Origin: Candidatus Aenigmatarchaeota archaeon
GTDB taxonomy: Archaea; Aenigmatarchaeota; Aenigmatarchaeia; GW2011-AR5
DNA length: 64,000 nt
NCBI GenBank assembly: GCA_016187335.1
Contig: JACPJW010000001.1
Span: 192,001-256,000, forward strand
Reading direction: 5' to 3'
Within the stretch, counting starts at the first letter, position 1. The number at the start of each line of letters is the position of its first letter. The position numbers and the translations under genes are program-made. Below, piece after piece: positions 1 through 10,124 of the stretch. The notes beneath the pieces were generated by a model that saw only the letters and a program-made list of their open reading frames with translations, had not been told where the DNA came from and did not search any database.

Positions 1-918
1 GTGCTCGAACTTCTCGCCGAGGCTTTCAAGGACGAGCCTTATTCCTTTTTCCAAGCTGACATTAGGTTTCCATCCCAGTCTGCTTATCTTCGTTATGTCG
101 GCAATGCTGCGCTCCGGGTCAAACGAGGAAGGCGGCATTCTTTTTATGTTCGGCTTGTACCTTGTTGTCTTTTCTATGGTTTCTATCAGCTGCAGGACAG
201 AAGTTTCTTTGCCCGTTCCTACGTTGTATATTCCCGTGTGCTCCATGCCGAGGAGCAGCGCGTCAACGACATCGTCAACATACACGAAATCCCTTGTCTG
301 GCGCCCCGTGCCGATGAGCGGCATCTCCTCGTAATTCATCATCTTCCTGCAGAATACGTTTATGACGCCTGTGTTGTTGAAAGGCCCGTAGACGTTGAAA
401 AGCCTTGTGACGAAAGCGTCCGTGCCTTTCAGCAGCTGCTCAGCCTTGAGCTTCGTTGTGCCGTAGTATGATATTGGTTTGCAGTTTGCTGTCTCTTTCA
501 GCGGCGGCGGCGCGTTGCCGTATACTGCCGCTGTTGACGTGAAAACAATCTTTGCTCCCCGCTTTTCCGCGGCGTCAAAAATAGTTTTTGAACCCAGATA
601 ATTCACTTTATACATTAGGTCTTCGTCAACATTGCGCGCCTGCGCTATTGCCGCCAGGTGGAAAACAGCCTTGCATCCCTGCATTGCAATTCTGACGTCT
701 TCCTCGCTCCTGATGTCGCCGGCAATGAACTTTGCCTTCGGATTTCTTGCAGAAACCAAAGGTTTCTGAAGACTCAGGAAAGTCTTTGGAGAATCTTTGC
801 TTTCCTCGAGTTTTGGCTGTGCATTGTCCATAACAATAACTTCATTTCCGTTTTCTACCAGTTTATTGACAAGGTGCGTCCCGATGAATCCGGAGCCGCC
901 TGTCACTAGAACTTTCAT
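1..918 (-). CDS. NAD-dependent epimerase/dehydratase (UDP-glucose 4-epimerase-like), runs off window start
   Basis: Manual translation MKVLVTGGSGFIGTHLV (GxxGxxG), YGTTK (YxxxK), RDFVYVDDVV; not in the ORF track because the stop lies outside the window. Confidence 0.9.
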   Translation of the reverse strand, partial: MKVLVTGGSGFIGTHLVNKLVENGNEVIVMDNAQPKLEESKDSPKTFLSLQKPLVSARNPKAKFIAGDIRSEEDVRIAMQGCKAVFHLAAIAQARNVDEDLMYKVNYLGSKTIFDAAEKRGAKIVFTSTAAVYGNAPPPLKETANCKPISYYGTTKLKAEQLLKGTDAFVTRLFNVYGPFNNTGVINVFCRKMMNYEEMPLIGTGRQTRDFVYVDDVVDALLLGMEHTGIYNVGTGKETSVLQLIETIEKTTRYKPNIKRMPPSSFDPERSIADITKISRLGWKPNVSLEKGIRLVLESLGEKFEH

Positions 919-1562
919 TCAATCATCCCCAGAATTTCCTCAAGCGATTTTATGCTTACTGTTGCCCCGACATCTATTAAATGTTCTCCCCTTTCTATGT
1001 TCACGTCAAGGACTCCCGCAGCTTTTGCCGCTTCCGTGTCGTCCGGCCCGTTGCCGACAAAAACGGCTTCATTGCTTTTGGCGCCGAGCATTCTCAGGCA
1101 TTCGTTTATGCCCTCGGGATGCGGCTTCGGCTTTACTTTGACGCTCAGATCCCTGTTAAAGGCCACGACAATTGCGTCAAATTCTATCCCGTGAGAACGC
1201 AGTATGTCGACTTCGTGCTCGGCCATGTGGAAGACGGCATTGGTGACGATGCCGAGCTTTATGCCCTTTTCCGCAAGCTTTCTCAAAACCCAGCAGTCGC
1301 CGTAGGGCTCAAGATGCTTTGTCCTTTCCTCTATGGTGTCGTATTCAACGAATTTTCTCCAGAAATGCTCCGGGTTTATCCCGCCGTCTGTCATGATTTT
1401 TTCTTTTTCCGAGAGATTGCCGAACCATATCTTCTCTATGCTTTCCTTCGTGGGCTTTATCCCCAGGTCGGCGCAGCATCTTCTGATCAGCTGTTCCAGA
1501 TATTCAGGCTTCGTATGAACCAGCGTGCCGTCCAGGTCAAAGATGACAGCCTTGATTGTCAT
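915..1562 (-). CDS. HAD-superfamily hydrolase
   Basis: DLDGT motif I, KPKPHP, GNGPDD motif. Confidence 0.9.
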   Translation of the reverse strand: MTIKAVIFDLDGTLVHTKPEYLEQLIRRCCADLGIKPTKESIEKIWFGNLSEKEKIMTDGGINPEHFWRKFVEYDTIEERTKHLEPYGDCWVLRKLAEKGIKLGIVTNAVFHMAEHEVDILRSHGIEFDAIVVAFNRDLSVKVKPKPHPEGINECLRMLGAKSNEAVFVGNGPDDTEAAKAAGVLDVNIERGEHLIDVGATVSIKSLEEILGMIE

Positions 1563-1822
1563 TTTAGTAATCAGGAAAAGAAGGCTTAAAAGCTCTGCGC
1601 CGATGTTATTATTATGGCAGAATATCTCGGCCGTATCCAGAGAGATTTTAGAAGAGAAGGAAGACCCCTAGAAATAATGCATTTTTCCCTTATGCTTCCT
1701 GGGCAAGCAACAGAAAATGCAATGAAGGCTTACGGCGGGGAAATAATAGGCTTAGGTTACGGCAACCCTCGCTCTCGCCGTCCGTATTATCAATCCCAGT
1801 AAAATCTGATGTTCCTTTCTTT

Positions 1823-1981
1823 TTACCCAAGGAACTTCAGGATGAAAACAAGCGCCGCGAAAACAGCGGATATGGCCACTACATGCACGGGCTTCAGCTT
1901 TATCCCTGCTTCCTCAACGTCGTAATACCTTATCAGGCCCGCAGTGCTCTGCGGCATCGTCTGCTTTTCTTTCTCGGACAT
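1823..1981 (-). CDS. secG: Preprotein translocase subunit Sec61beta/SecG (52 aa)
   Basis: Manual translation MSEKEKQTMPQSTAGLIRYYDVEEAGIKLKPVHVVAISAVFAALVFILKFLG; MPQSxAGLIRYY plus C-terminal TM helix. Confidence 0.85.
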   Translation of the reverse strand: MSEKEKQTMPQSTAGLIRYYDVEEAGIKLKPVHVVAISAVFAALVFILKFLG

Positions 1982-2038
1982 GGTTATCAGGAGAATATTG
2001 CCGGGTAATGTTTTAATAATTAATCTGAGGGCATTCCG

Positions 2039-2407
2039 TTAGTGCTTTTTATTCCTCACGCTGTAGTTGTGCCTTTTCAGGAAATCGGCGCGTGAGCGCA
2101 GCTGCTTCCTGTGGTCGTCAAGATTTTTTCTGAATTCGCGCAGCTTTTCCTCAATAACCGAAGACGCCTCGTCAAACTCATCCAGAAGGTTTTCTTTGTG
2201 GTAAGCTATTTCCTTTTTCGTCAGCGAGTTCTGCTTTTTCAGCAGGTTGTCAAGCTCGCTGATTGCTTCCTGCAAATTCTTCTTAGCTTTCACAAGTTCG
2301 GGCCACATATCAGATCTTGATTCTTTGATTAAATTTTTTAGGAAATTATGGGTCGCCGAATACAGGCGTGAATCTGAGCGAAACTGCGCCGCCGGACGGC
2401 GCGGCAA
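2039..2407 (-). CDS. Hypothetical coiled-coil protein (start may be MWPELV)
   Basis: ORF track; charged helical composition. Confidence 0.55.
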   Translation of the reverse strand: MPRRPAAQFRSDSRLYSATHNFLKNLIKESRSDMWPELVKAKKNLQEAISELDNLLKKQNSLTKKEIAYHKENLLDEFDEASSVIEEKLREFRKNLDDHRKQLRSRADFLKRHNYSVRNKKH

Positions 2408-2912
2408 ATCTCTGGGAGAATGATGTGCCCCTCAGGAAATTAGAGCCCAAGCCAGGCTGGAACCTGTTCACAGAAATGCCCCCGGAAATAGCACTTTTGT
2501 CGCCAAATTTCGGCTCGATCCTGTTCAAAGAAACGCCTGCGGAGAAAGGCTTTCTTTCCCCTTCAGCAAAGCTCGGCTCGATCCTGTTCACGGAAATTCC
2601 AAGGGAAACCTCGCCTCTCCTTGATTCAAATTGCGGTTCAAGTCTTCTCACGGATGCTTCCAGAGAAACGTCCCGGCGGGGGCGTTGTTCAAAAACAGGC
2701 TCAAGCCTTTTAAGAAAGATGCTCCCGGAAACGCCGCCGCTGAAAATGCCGTCGTCAAATCGCGGCTCTGTGCGCCCTATGGAAAATGCAAGTTTAAAGC
2801 TGTCATGGGATGCGCTTGCTGCGGATGCAAAAAGAACCAGTGCCAGCGCAAAGAAGATGATAAAATTAATATGGTACAGGCGGAATTTTGAAGAAATTCT
2901 GGACATTCTCAT
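2346..2912 (-). CDS. Secreted/membrane-anchored protein with ~7 RxEPxF-type repeats
   Basis: N-terminal hydrophobic segment, then RTEPRF, RLEPVF, RLEPQF, RIEPSF, RIEPKF, RFQPGL. Confidence 0.7.
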   Translation of the reverse strand: MRMSRISSKFRLYHINFIIFFALALVLFASAASASHDSFKLAFSIGRTEPRFDDGIFSGGVSGSIFLKRLEPVFEQRPRRDVSLEASVRRLEPQFESRRGEVSLGISVNRIEPSFAEGERKPFSAGVSLNRIEPKFGDKSAISGGISVNRFQPGLGSNFLRGTSFSQRFAAPSGGAVSLRFTPVFGDP

Positions 2913-2969
2913 GAAAAGAATAAAGCAGGAAAGGTTTTTAAGATAAAAATCAAGCTATTTCGTTTGGTT

Positions 2970-3407
2970 CTATTTTGGATTTCCTAGATTTGCAGGCGTT
3001 TTTTTCGCTTTTCTGAGGTAATCAACGCCATAGCCGACTAAGTGAGCGGCGAATGGAACCAGTATTGTTGATGTAAAATCATTGTTAGTTGTAGCTCCAA
3101 TAAACGGCGATGCAAGAGGAGCCACTTTTCCGGCATAGTCAACTAATTTCCATCTGTCTTCTCTGGCAAGTCTCCAAAGGTATCTTGGAAAATTTTCTCC
3201 TTCATGTCTGTTTCTCTTGAAATCGTTATAAACTCCCCATCCTTCAAAAGCACCGTACAAGCCAAAAGGTTCGGCTACAGAATTCGCAAAACCGTTTCTT
3301 ACAGGAGCCTGCTGGTTTGCAAACCAATATCCCCCGCCGCCTAATATTCCTAAAGCAGAGCCAACTCTTCCTAAATCATGTGTAAATCTAATACCTCGTT
3401 TAGCCAT
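2970..3407 (-). CDS. Hypothetical AT-rich membrane protein
   Basis: ORF track; AT-rich; TATA-like TTTAAATA upstream. Confidence 0.6.
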   Translation of the reverse strand: MAKRGIRFTHDLGRVGSALGILGGGGYWFANQQAPVRNGFANSVAEPFGLYGAFEGWGVYNDFKRNRHEGENFPRYLWRLAREDRWKLVDYAGKVAPLASPFIGATTNNDFTSTILVPFAAHLVGYGVDYLRKAKKTPANLGNPK

Positions 3408-3512
3408 TCAAACCACATCCTTATCTTATTACTACCTTTTAGTAACTATTTAAAGATTTCCGTGGCGTAACAAATAATCATTTTCCGGGAAAAAGGAAAT
3501 AAAAGAAAAAAA

Positions 3513-3785
3513 TTACTTCCACTTGCCTGACCAGTTCCATATCCAGGCGAAGACCCAGCCAACCGCTGCGCCGCCGGCAAAGGAAAGGACGACGAGCTCA
3601 GCTGCCGTAACAGGGTCAAATGCAGCCACCGTTGCAGGAACCCTCATGAAATGAAGGCCAAGCTTGAAGTCGACAAGCCACTGGCCAAGCCCTGCAGCAA
3701 CAAGCGCGGCCCATACAAGGTGCGCTAATGAAGCTGCCGTTCCCAAGGCAACAGCCGTTCTTTTCGGGTTTAGTTTTTCTGCCAT
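3513..3785 (-). CDS. Small two-TM membrane protein (DUF5676-like)
   Basis: Two hydrophobic helices. Confidence 0.7.
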   Translation of the reverse strand: MAEKLNPKRTAVALGTAASLAHLVWAALVAAGLGQWLVDFKLGLHFMRVPATVAAFDPVTAAELVVLSFAGGAAVGWVFAWIWNWSGKWK

Positions 3786-3964
3786 AAGATTTTTTTACAT
3801 TTTGTTGTTATTAAAAGCCGGTAACACGGCTTTCCGGAAAAATAGCTATTTAAACTTGCGCATAAAAGTATGAAAAAGTATGATAATTAAATCTTTTGGT
3901 TATCATATATGAAATAGTATGATATGCTCTTGATTTTCTGGCTTTCCTGGATTGGTGGATCGGC

Positions 3965-5059
3965 ATGAAAATAACATTAAGCGCGATAAAAGCTGACATA
4001 GGCGCGGTGGGCGGGCACACGAAGCCGAGCATGGAAGTGCTCAATGCCGTGAAGAAAGTCGTTGCTGAAAAAAAGGAAATCCTCATTGACAGCTACATAG
4101 GCTACACGGGCGACGACATACACATTCTCATGAGCCATGTCCGCGGGCCGAACAATCCTGATGTTCATAAACTGGCCTTTGACGCTTTCATGGAAGGGAC
4201 GGCCGTCGCAAAGGACCAGGGACTGTACGGCGCGGGCCAGGACCTGCTCAAGACGGCTTTTTCCGGCAACGTCCGCGGGCTTGGCCCCGGCTCGGCTGAG
4301 CTGGAATTTGAGGAAAGGCCTAACGAGGCTGTCCTGCTGATACCTGCCGACAAAACGGAACCCGGCGCGTTCAACCTGCCCCTGTATTATGCTTTTGTGG
4401 AAGTATCGCGCTCGCCGGGCCTGATTCTGAGCGACGACATGAGAAAAGGCGCGGTATTCACGATAATGGACGTCTCGCACACAGAAGCGGACAAAGTGAT
4501 TGAATTAAAAACCCCGGAAGAATACATAGAAATCGCTTCGCTGCTCTTCAATCCGCACAGGTATGTCATTGAAAAAATCCGCTCAAGGAGCAACGGCCAG
4601 GATATAGCTGCCGTCAGCACGTCAAGGCTCCACAACATCAGCGGGAAATATTCCGGAAAGGACGACCCTATAGCTTTGGTGCGCGTTCAGCGTCCTTTCC
4701 TTGCAACGGAAGAAGTCGGCGCGATGTTCCGCTATGCCCACTACGTCGCCGGCGATACGCGCGGCAGCCACAACCTCGCGCTCATGCCCGTGCCGCTCAA
4801 CACGCCTTCTTCGGTTTATTACTGCAACCCCATAGTCAGCGGGATGTATTTCTCGATGCACAACGGAAAGTTCACCGCAACGGGCGACGCGTTCGCGGAC
4901 CCCGTGTTTGACGAGGTGCGCAGGCTTGCTGTCACAAAATCTTTCATGATGCGCGACAACGGGTTCGTGATGCCGTCAATGCTCCCGATGGAAGAGATAG
5001 AATACACGATACTTGCGGAGAAGCTGAAAGAGCTTGACAGGAGATTCACGACAAGGTGA
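3965..5059 (+). CDS. fbp: Bifunctional fructose-1,6-bisphosphate aldolase/phosphatase
   Basis: IKADIGAVGGH, GDDIHILMSH, DQGLYGAGQDLL, ADKTEPGAFN, GKDDP. Confidence 0.95.
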   Translation: MKITLSAIKADIGAVGGHTKPSMEVLNAVKKVVAEKKEILIDSYIGYTGDDIHILMSHVRGPNNPDVHKLAFDAFMEGTAVAKDQGLYGAGQDLLKTAFSGNVRGLGPGSAELEFEERPNEAVLLIPADKTEPGAFNLPLYYAFVEVSRSPGLILSDDMRKGAVFTIMDVSHTEADKVIELKTPEEYIEIASLLFNPHRYVIEKIRSRSNGQDIAAVSTSRLHNISGKYSGKDDPIALVRVQRPFLATEEVGAMFRYAHYVAGDTRGSHNLALMPVPLNTPSSVYYCNPIVSGMYFSMHNGKFTATGDAFADPVFDEVRRLAVTKSFMMRDNGFVMPSMLPMEEIEYTILAEKLKELDRRFTTR

Positions 5060-5063
5060 TGCC

Positions 5064-6263
5064 ATGCTCAGCGGCTCGATAGTTTTTGACAAGGTTGACA
5101 TAAACGTGCCTACGGACAATTTGGGCAATATAACGGACACGCAGAAGATTGACGACGCGGCAAAGTCAATATCGTGGTGTTTCCTCAACGGCGCCCACGC
5201 TGTTGTCGTACTTTCCCACCAGGGAAGAAAAAAAGATGAATCCACAAGAAAGCACTGCGATGCCTTAAGGAAATATTTCCAGAAAGTGGTTTTCACCAAA
5301 AGGCACGGCGAGGAAGCCGTGAAGGCAATCGCCGACTCTGAGAGGGGGACAATAATTGTTCTCGAAAACCTGCGCAGCGACGACGAGGAAAAGGATTACT
5401 CGGTTGTCACGGAAACGAACATCTACAGGACTTTGAAAGCCGTGGAAGAAAAGACGGAAAGAAAGGTCATTTTTGTAAAGGATGATTTTGCGACTTCCCA
5501 CAGGAAGGACTTGTGCACTTACGGGCTGCCTATGCAGCTGAAGAAGGAAGGCTACCACGTAATAGCCGGCCCGCTGCTGAGGGAGGAGACGGAAAATTCC
5601 AGGGTGACCATGGAAAAGCTGAGGGACGGCAACGTAGTGTGCATATGGGGCGGGAAAAAGTTTGAGGATTACCTTAACATTTTCCGTCCATTTTTGGAGA
5701 AATACCCTAACTCCATTGTGCTCACATCCGGTCCGCTGTCGCTGCTGATACACAAGGCGATGGGCAGGGAAATAGGCGAGAACGAGAAATTCTTTGAAAT
5801 CATCCCGGAGCTTCTGATAGAAGCTGTTCCTCTGGTAAGGAAATTCAAGGGAAGGATTTTAACCCCTGTTGATTACTACGTGTCCAACCATCACGGCAGG
5901 ACTATCGTATCGTCCAAGGCTATAGAGGGAGTAATCTACGACATCGGGCCGAAAACAGTTGAGCTCTATACGAACATAATCAGGGAGAACCCTAATTCCG
6001 TTATTCTGGGCAACGGTCCGCTGGGGGAATACGAAAAGGAAGAGAACAGGAAGGGCACTATAGAAGTCTATGCAGAAGTTTTCAGGAATGAAAATAAAAA
6101 CTTCATCATCGGCGGCGGCGGCGACTTCAACGCCATGATGAAGCTGCTGAAATTAAGGCCCGACGTGATGAGCAACGGCGGAAAAGCATTCTTGGAATGC
6201 GTCGTGAAAGGCTCTCTTCCGGGGCTTGAGCCGTGCCAGATTGAGATTGCAAAAACGGTGTAG
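5064..6263 (+). CDS. pgk: Phosphoglycerate kinase (divergent)
   Basis: VDINVP, LSHQGR, LENLR, GGKK, NGPLGEYE, GGGD, SNGGKAFLE; GGTGA RBS before ATG 5064. Confidence 0.9.
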   Translation: MLSGSIVFDKVDINVPTDNLGNITDTQKIDDAAKSISWCFLNGAHAVVVLSHQGRKKDESTRKHCDALRKYFQKVVFTKRHGEEAVKAIADSERGTIIVLENLRSDDEEKDYSVVTETNIYRTLKAVEEKTERKVIFVKDDFATSHRKDLCTYGLPMQLKKEGYHVIAGPLLREETENSRVTMEKLRDGNVVCIWGGKKFEDYLNIFRPFLEKYPNSIVLTSGPLSLLIHKAMGREIGENEKFFEIIPELLIEAVPLVRKFKGRILTPVDYYVSNHHGRTIVSSKAIEGVIYDIGPKTVELYTNIIRENPNSVILGNGPLGEYEKEENRKGTIEVYAEVFRNENKNFIIGGGGDFNAMMKLLKLRPDVMSNGGKAFLECVVKGSLPGLEPCQIEIAKTV

Positions 6264-6284
6264 TTGAGCGGAAGCGTGTAAAAA

Positions 6285-6539
6285 ATGCGGTGCGGCGGTT
6301 ATTCAAATACGAATCCGAGGCAAAACAGGCACAGTTATGCAGCACGCATCCCGGATAATTTACAAAAGAACGCCAAGCCGTTCTATTTTGCCCTTCCAAA
6401 ATACCAGGTGATAAATTGGATGGGAGAAAGCGGAATCAGGCTGGCTCCTGAAAATGTGAAAGAAGCAGGAAGCTATGAATGCGTTGCATGGCTGACCAGA
6501 GGACAGTTCAGAAAATTCTGGAACAAAGTGGTTGCATGA
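6285..6539 (+). CDS. Hypothetical protein within the fbp-pgk-gap operon
   Basis: Fills the gap between pgk and gap; ATGA stop/start overlap with gap. Confidence 0.5.
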   Translation: MRCGGYSNTNPRQNRHSYAARIPDNLQKNAKPFYFALPKYQVINWMGESGIRLAPENVKEAGSYECVAWLTRGQFRKFWNKVVA

Positions 6540-7552
6540 TAAACGTTTGCGTCAACGGCTACGGGACAATCGGGAAAAGGGTGGCCGATGCGGCGAAAGC
6601 CCATAGCAAGATAAGGCTGGTGGGCGTCAGCAAATATTCCGCAGACGCTGATGCCAGTATAGCAAGGATGCAGGGCATAGATGTTTTCGTGCCCAAGGAA
6701 TCCGCGGGCGCTTTTGAATCAAAGGGAGTGGAAGTGAGCGGCACTGTTGAAGAATTGCTCGATAAGGCGGATTCTATAGTCGACGCGTCCCCTGACGGGG
6801 TGGGCAGGAAAAACAGGGTGGTTTACGAAGAAAAAGGAAAGAAGGCGGTTTTCCAGGGCGGCGAGGAAGCGGGTATAGGGCTCAGCTTCAACGCGCGCTC
6901 CAATTTCGAAAAAGCGCTGAACCAGAACTTTATCCGCGTTGTCAGCTGCAACACGACGGGATACTGCAGGATCCTGAAGCCGCTGACGGAAAGATACAAA
7001 ATAAAGCATGTTTTCGCGTCGCTGATAAGGAGAGGCGCTGACCTGAACGACGCGAAGGGCTCGCAGCTTAACAGCGTTGAGTGGAAGGCGAAAAGCCATC
7101 ACGCGTCGGACGTTCAAAGCGTGATCGACGTGCCCATGAGCAGCATCGCCTTCAAGGTTCCGCACACCCACTCGCACATCAATTCAATGTTCATAGAGTT
7201 TGACGGCGAAAAGCCGGGCAAGGACGACATTTACGAGCTGTTCAGGAACGAGAGGGTGGCCCTGCTCAATACTGCGGCAACCAGCTCGCAGATAGTTGAA
7301 GCCGCGCGCGACCTGGGGCTGAAGCGCTACGACATCTTCATGCCGTGCCTCCTTGTGAACACATACATGGCTAACGGAAATTCCGTTTTCCTTTCCTTTG
7401 CCGTTCCGCAGGAATCCATAGTAGTGCCTGAGAATATTGACGCGATAATCGCGCAGAACAGCGCCATGAGCAGGGAAGAATCCATGCGCACCACGGACAA
7501 GCTGCTGGGCATACCTGACATAAAGGAAAAGCTGGAAAAGGCTTTCAGCTGA
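6536..7552 (+). CDS. gap: Archaeal type II glyceraldehyde-3-phosphate dehydrogenase
   Basis: NGYGTIGKRVADA, FQGGE, VVSCNTTG, RRGAD, QESIVVPENIDAI. Confidence 0.95.
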   Translation: MINVCVNGYGTIGKRVADAAKAHSKIRLVGVSKYSADADASIARMQGIDVFVPKESAGAFESKGVEVSGTVEELLDKADSIVDASPDGVGRKNRVVYEEKGKKAVFQGGEEAGIGLSFNARSNFEKALNQNFIRVVSCNTTGYCRILKPLTERYKIKHVFASLIRRGADLNDAKGSQLNSVEWKAKSHHASDVQSVIDVPMSSIAFKVPHTHSHINSMFIEFDGEKPGKDDIYELFRNERVALLNTAATSSQIVEAARDLGLKRYDIFMPCLLVNTYMANGNSVFLSFAVPQESIVVPENIDAIIAQNSAMSREESMRTTDKLLGIPDIKEKLEKAFS

Positions 7553-7589
7553 AGCAAGGCAGAAATTATCACTATTCTTTTTTATCTCT

Positions 7590-8000
7590 TTGGTGCAGAT
7601 TATCCTGATGGAGCCAGAAGAAATACTGAAAAAATTCCGCGTCATCGCCGTAGTCGGCTGCTCTCGGAATGCAGAAAAGCCTTCGCACCGCGTGCCGGCT
7701 TATCTCAAAGAACGCGGCTACAAAATTATCCCGGTGAACCCGGGCGCTGAAGAGATTTTGGGCGAGAAATGCTATCCGTCGCTGCTTGACGTGCCGGATG
7801 AAATAGATGTCGTTGACATATTCAGGCCGTCCCAGGATGTTGGACCGGTAGTCGACGACGCGATAAAAAAAGATGTGAAAGTTGTGTGGATGCAGTCGGG
7901 AATTATCAACGAAAAAGCCGCCGAGAAAGCAAGGGCGGCTGGGCTGGCTGTGATAATGGACAAGTGCATGATGATTGAGCATGAAAAGATGGAATCTTGA
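7590..8000 (+). CDS. CoA-binding protein (YccU-like)
   Basis: [32 protein letters not shown]. Confidence 0.9.
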   Translation: MVQIILMEPEEILKKFRVIAVVGCSRNAEKPSHRVPAYLKERGYKIIPVNPGAEEILGEKCYPSLLDVPDEIDVVDIFRPSQDVGPVVDDAIKKDVKVVWMQSGIINEKAAEKARAAGLAVIMDKCMMIEHEKMES

Positions 8001-8044
8001 CGATGATGATTATGAAAAAGAAGCCGGCGCGCCGGGAAATGAAA

Positions 8045-8461
8045 ATGACGGTTTCCGATGACGAGTGGAAAAGGAAACTTCCGCCGGCTTGTTATCACAT
8101 TCTCAGGGAGAAAGGAACAGAACCGGCATTCATAGGAAAATTTCTGCACAACAAGGAAAAGGGAGTGTATGTATGCGCAGGGTGCGGCTCTGAGCTTTTT
8201 AGCAGCGATACAAAGTTTGAATCAGGCACAGGATGGCCGTCATTTTTCAGTGCTGTGTCAAAAAATATAGAAACGAAAGAAGACCGAAGCCACAGCATGG
8301 TGCGGACAGAAGTTTTATGCAAAAAATGCGGCGGGCATCTGGGGCATTTATTCGACGACGGACCAACAACAATCAGACGTGCCAATGGCACGTCGGTTCG
8401 TGCGACTGGTTTGCGTTATTGCATAAACTCGCTGGCGCTTGGTTTCAGGAAGAAGAAATAA
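8045..8461 (+). CDS. msrB: Peptide methionine-(R)-sulfoxide reductase
   Basis: [38 protein letters not shown]. Confidence 0.95.
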   Translation: MTVSDDEWKRKLPPACYHILREKGTEPAFIGKFLHNKEKGVYVCAGCGSELFSSDTKFESGTGWPSFFSAVSKNIETKEDRSHSMVRTEVLCKKCGGHLGHLFDDGPTTIRRANGTSVRATGLRYCINSLALGFRKKK

Positions 8462-8463
8462 TT

Positions 8464-9366
8464 TTAAGGTCCTGCAGGCATGGTAATTTGCTGCGCAACA
8501 GAATTGTAATTCCTAAGCACCCTTCCAAGTTCACCGTATGCAACTGCCGCCCTGGCTCTGCTCTGCGCAGCGCGCAAACCTGCACTCCATAAAGTGGCCA
8601 TTGCAGCTTCAGTTGCTTCATCCTTCATTCTGGCTACGGTTACGCCCTTGTATCTTCCGCTCAATTCTCCCAAGGTTTTTGTGCTGTACGGTTCTTCTCT
8701 TGCTACGGACTCATAAGGTTTTTTTCTGACTACTACTTCTTCCAGCGCATATCCCTTTCTGGTCCAGACTAGTCTGTAATAAGTTAACTCAGATTCCGTA
8801 GATGATTTTAAAAGAATGCCAAAAGGAAATAGTTGTAACGCTTTTTCCTTTCCTATTTCTGGGCTTAAAATAAACGTTGAATCAGGATCATCATGCACAG
8901 GATCGTCCGTACCCCGCTCAAAATATCTTTTTTCTGCCAAAATACTGTTTATAACAACATCAGGAGCTCCGTCATGAAGATGGAATTTATACACATCAGG
9001 ATCTGCCAAAGCCAAATCAGGCCTGTTAAAAAATAATGAAAAGAACTGACCTTTTTCATAGTGTTCTAATGTAAGAAACGGCTGGCCGTCTCTTGATATA
9101 CGAACTTGTGACGACACTAAAGATCTATCAATAATTTTTCCCTTTGGTTTCGTGAGATCCCTTGAATCTTTCAGATCAGCAATGTACTTTGCAGAAAAAC
9201 CATCTTCAGTCGGTACGGAATCAGCCGCGACATCAAAATATTCCTCTTTTCTTGCGTCCCCGAATTGAATACCTGCATCGGACAGTTGTTGTAATAAAAA
9301 CCTGACAGTCCTTACATCCGATCTGTCCACTTTTCTGTTTCTAAGGAATTTGGTTAAAGTTACCAT
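8464..9366 (-). CDS. Hypothetical AT-rich protein (300 aa)
   Basis: Long ORF, no recognised motif. Confidence 0.7.
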   Translation of the reverse strand: MVTLTKFLRNRKVDRSDVRTVRFLLQQLSDAGIQFGDARKEEYFDVAADSVPTEDGFSAKYIADLKDSRDLTKPKGKIIDRSLVSSQVRISRDGQPFLTLEHYEKGQFFSLFFNRPDLALADPDVYKFHLHDGAPDVVINSILAEKRYFERGTDDPVHDDPDSTFILSPEIGKEKALQLFPFGILLKSSTESELTYYRLVWTRKGYALEEVVVRKKPYESVAREEPYSTKTLGELSGRYKGVTVARMKDEATEAAMATLWSAGLRAAQSRARAAVAYGELGRVLRNYNSVAQQITMPAGP

Positions 9367-9565
9367 TAAAATTCAACTTTTCCTTTAACTTTATCTTGGA
9401 AACTCTTATAAAGTTAAAACATTGGAACACTGTAATTTCTTTGTGATGTTGCTGTAAATGAAAATTAAAGTGTGTTTTTTATTCCAGAAAGAAGAAAATA
9501 ACAAAAAGGTAAAATTTAGATAATCATTTGGCTAAAACTTCGCCGGCTTCTCCGCGTTTGCATGC

Positions 9566-10030
9566 CTACTTTGCCAGATAGCCGTTGACGATCCCGAAAA
9601 CGCCGAGGAGCAGGGCGCCTGCCATGAACTGCCACTGGGAGCCGAACGCCGGGACGAAAAGGGATGAAACCACGAGGACAAGGCCTGCATAGTCGGAAAG
9701 CGGGTTGTGCGCTGCATGGCCGCCTGCGAACATCGCGGCACCGAGAAGCAGGAGCCACAGCGACATCAGCACAGCGGCGCTGAGAGGGATAACCTCAAAG
9801 GCGATTGCCAAGGTTGCCAAAAATCCGAACAAGCCCGCGGACATCCATACCGCCATCATTCCTTTCGGCGAGCCCTTCATCTGCTTTCCTACCCACATGT
9901 TCAGGATATTTATTACCACGGCGATTCCTATCCACAGCCATGAAACGTTGTAGCCGCCCGCTGCCAGGTAATGCGCACCGGCAAATAACAGAAGCAGAAC
10001 AACGCCCCACGCTGTCAAGGGTGTATTCAT
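9566..10030 (-). CDS. Multi-pass membrane protein
   Basis: About 5 hydrophobic helices. Confidence 0.75.
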   Translation of the reverse strand: MNTPLTAWGVVLLLLFAGAHYLAAGGYNVSWLWIGIAVVINILNMWVGKQMKGSPKGMMAVWMSAGLFGFLATLAIAFEVIPLSAAVLMSLWLLLLGAAMFAGGHAAHNPLSDYAGLVLVVSSLFVPAFGSQWQFMAGALLLGVFGIVNGYLAK

Positions 10031-10124
10031 AATAAAATTATTGGGATAAGCGGTATATAAAATTAATCTGCAGGCTAAAGTTTGAGAATTTTGCTATTAA
10101 TACTGGGTAATTCAAATAATTTTT

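Noticed and set aside
1-471. Plus-strand 156-aa ORF
   Set aside because: Shadow of the minus-strand epimerase
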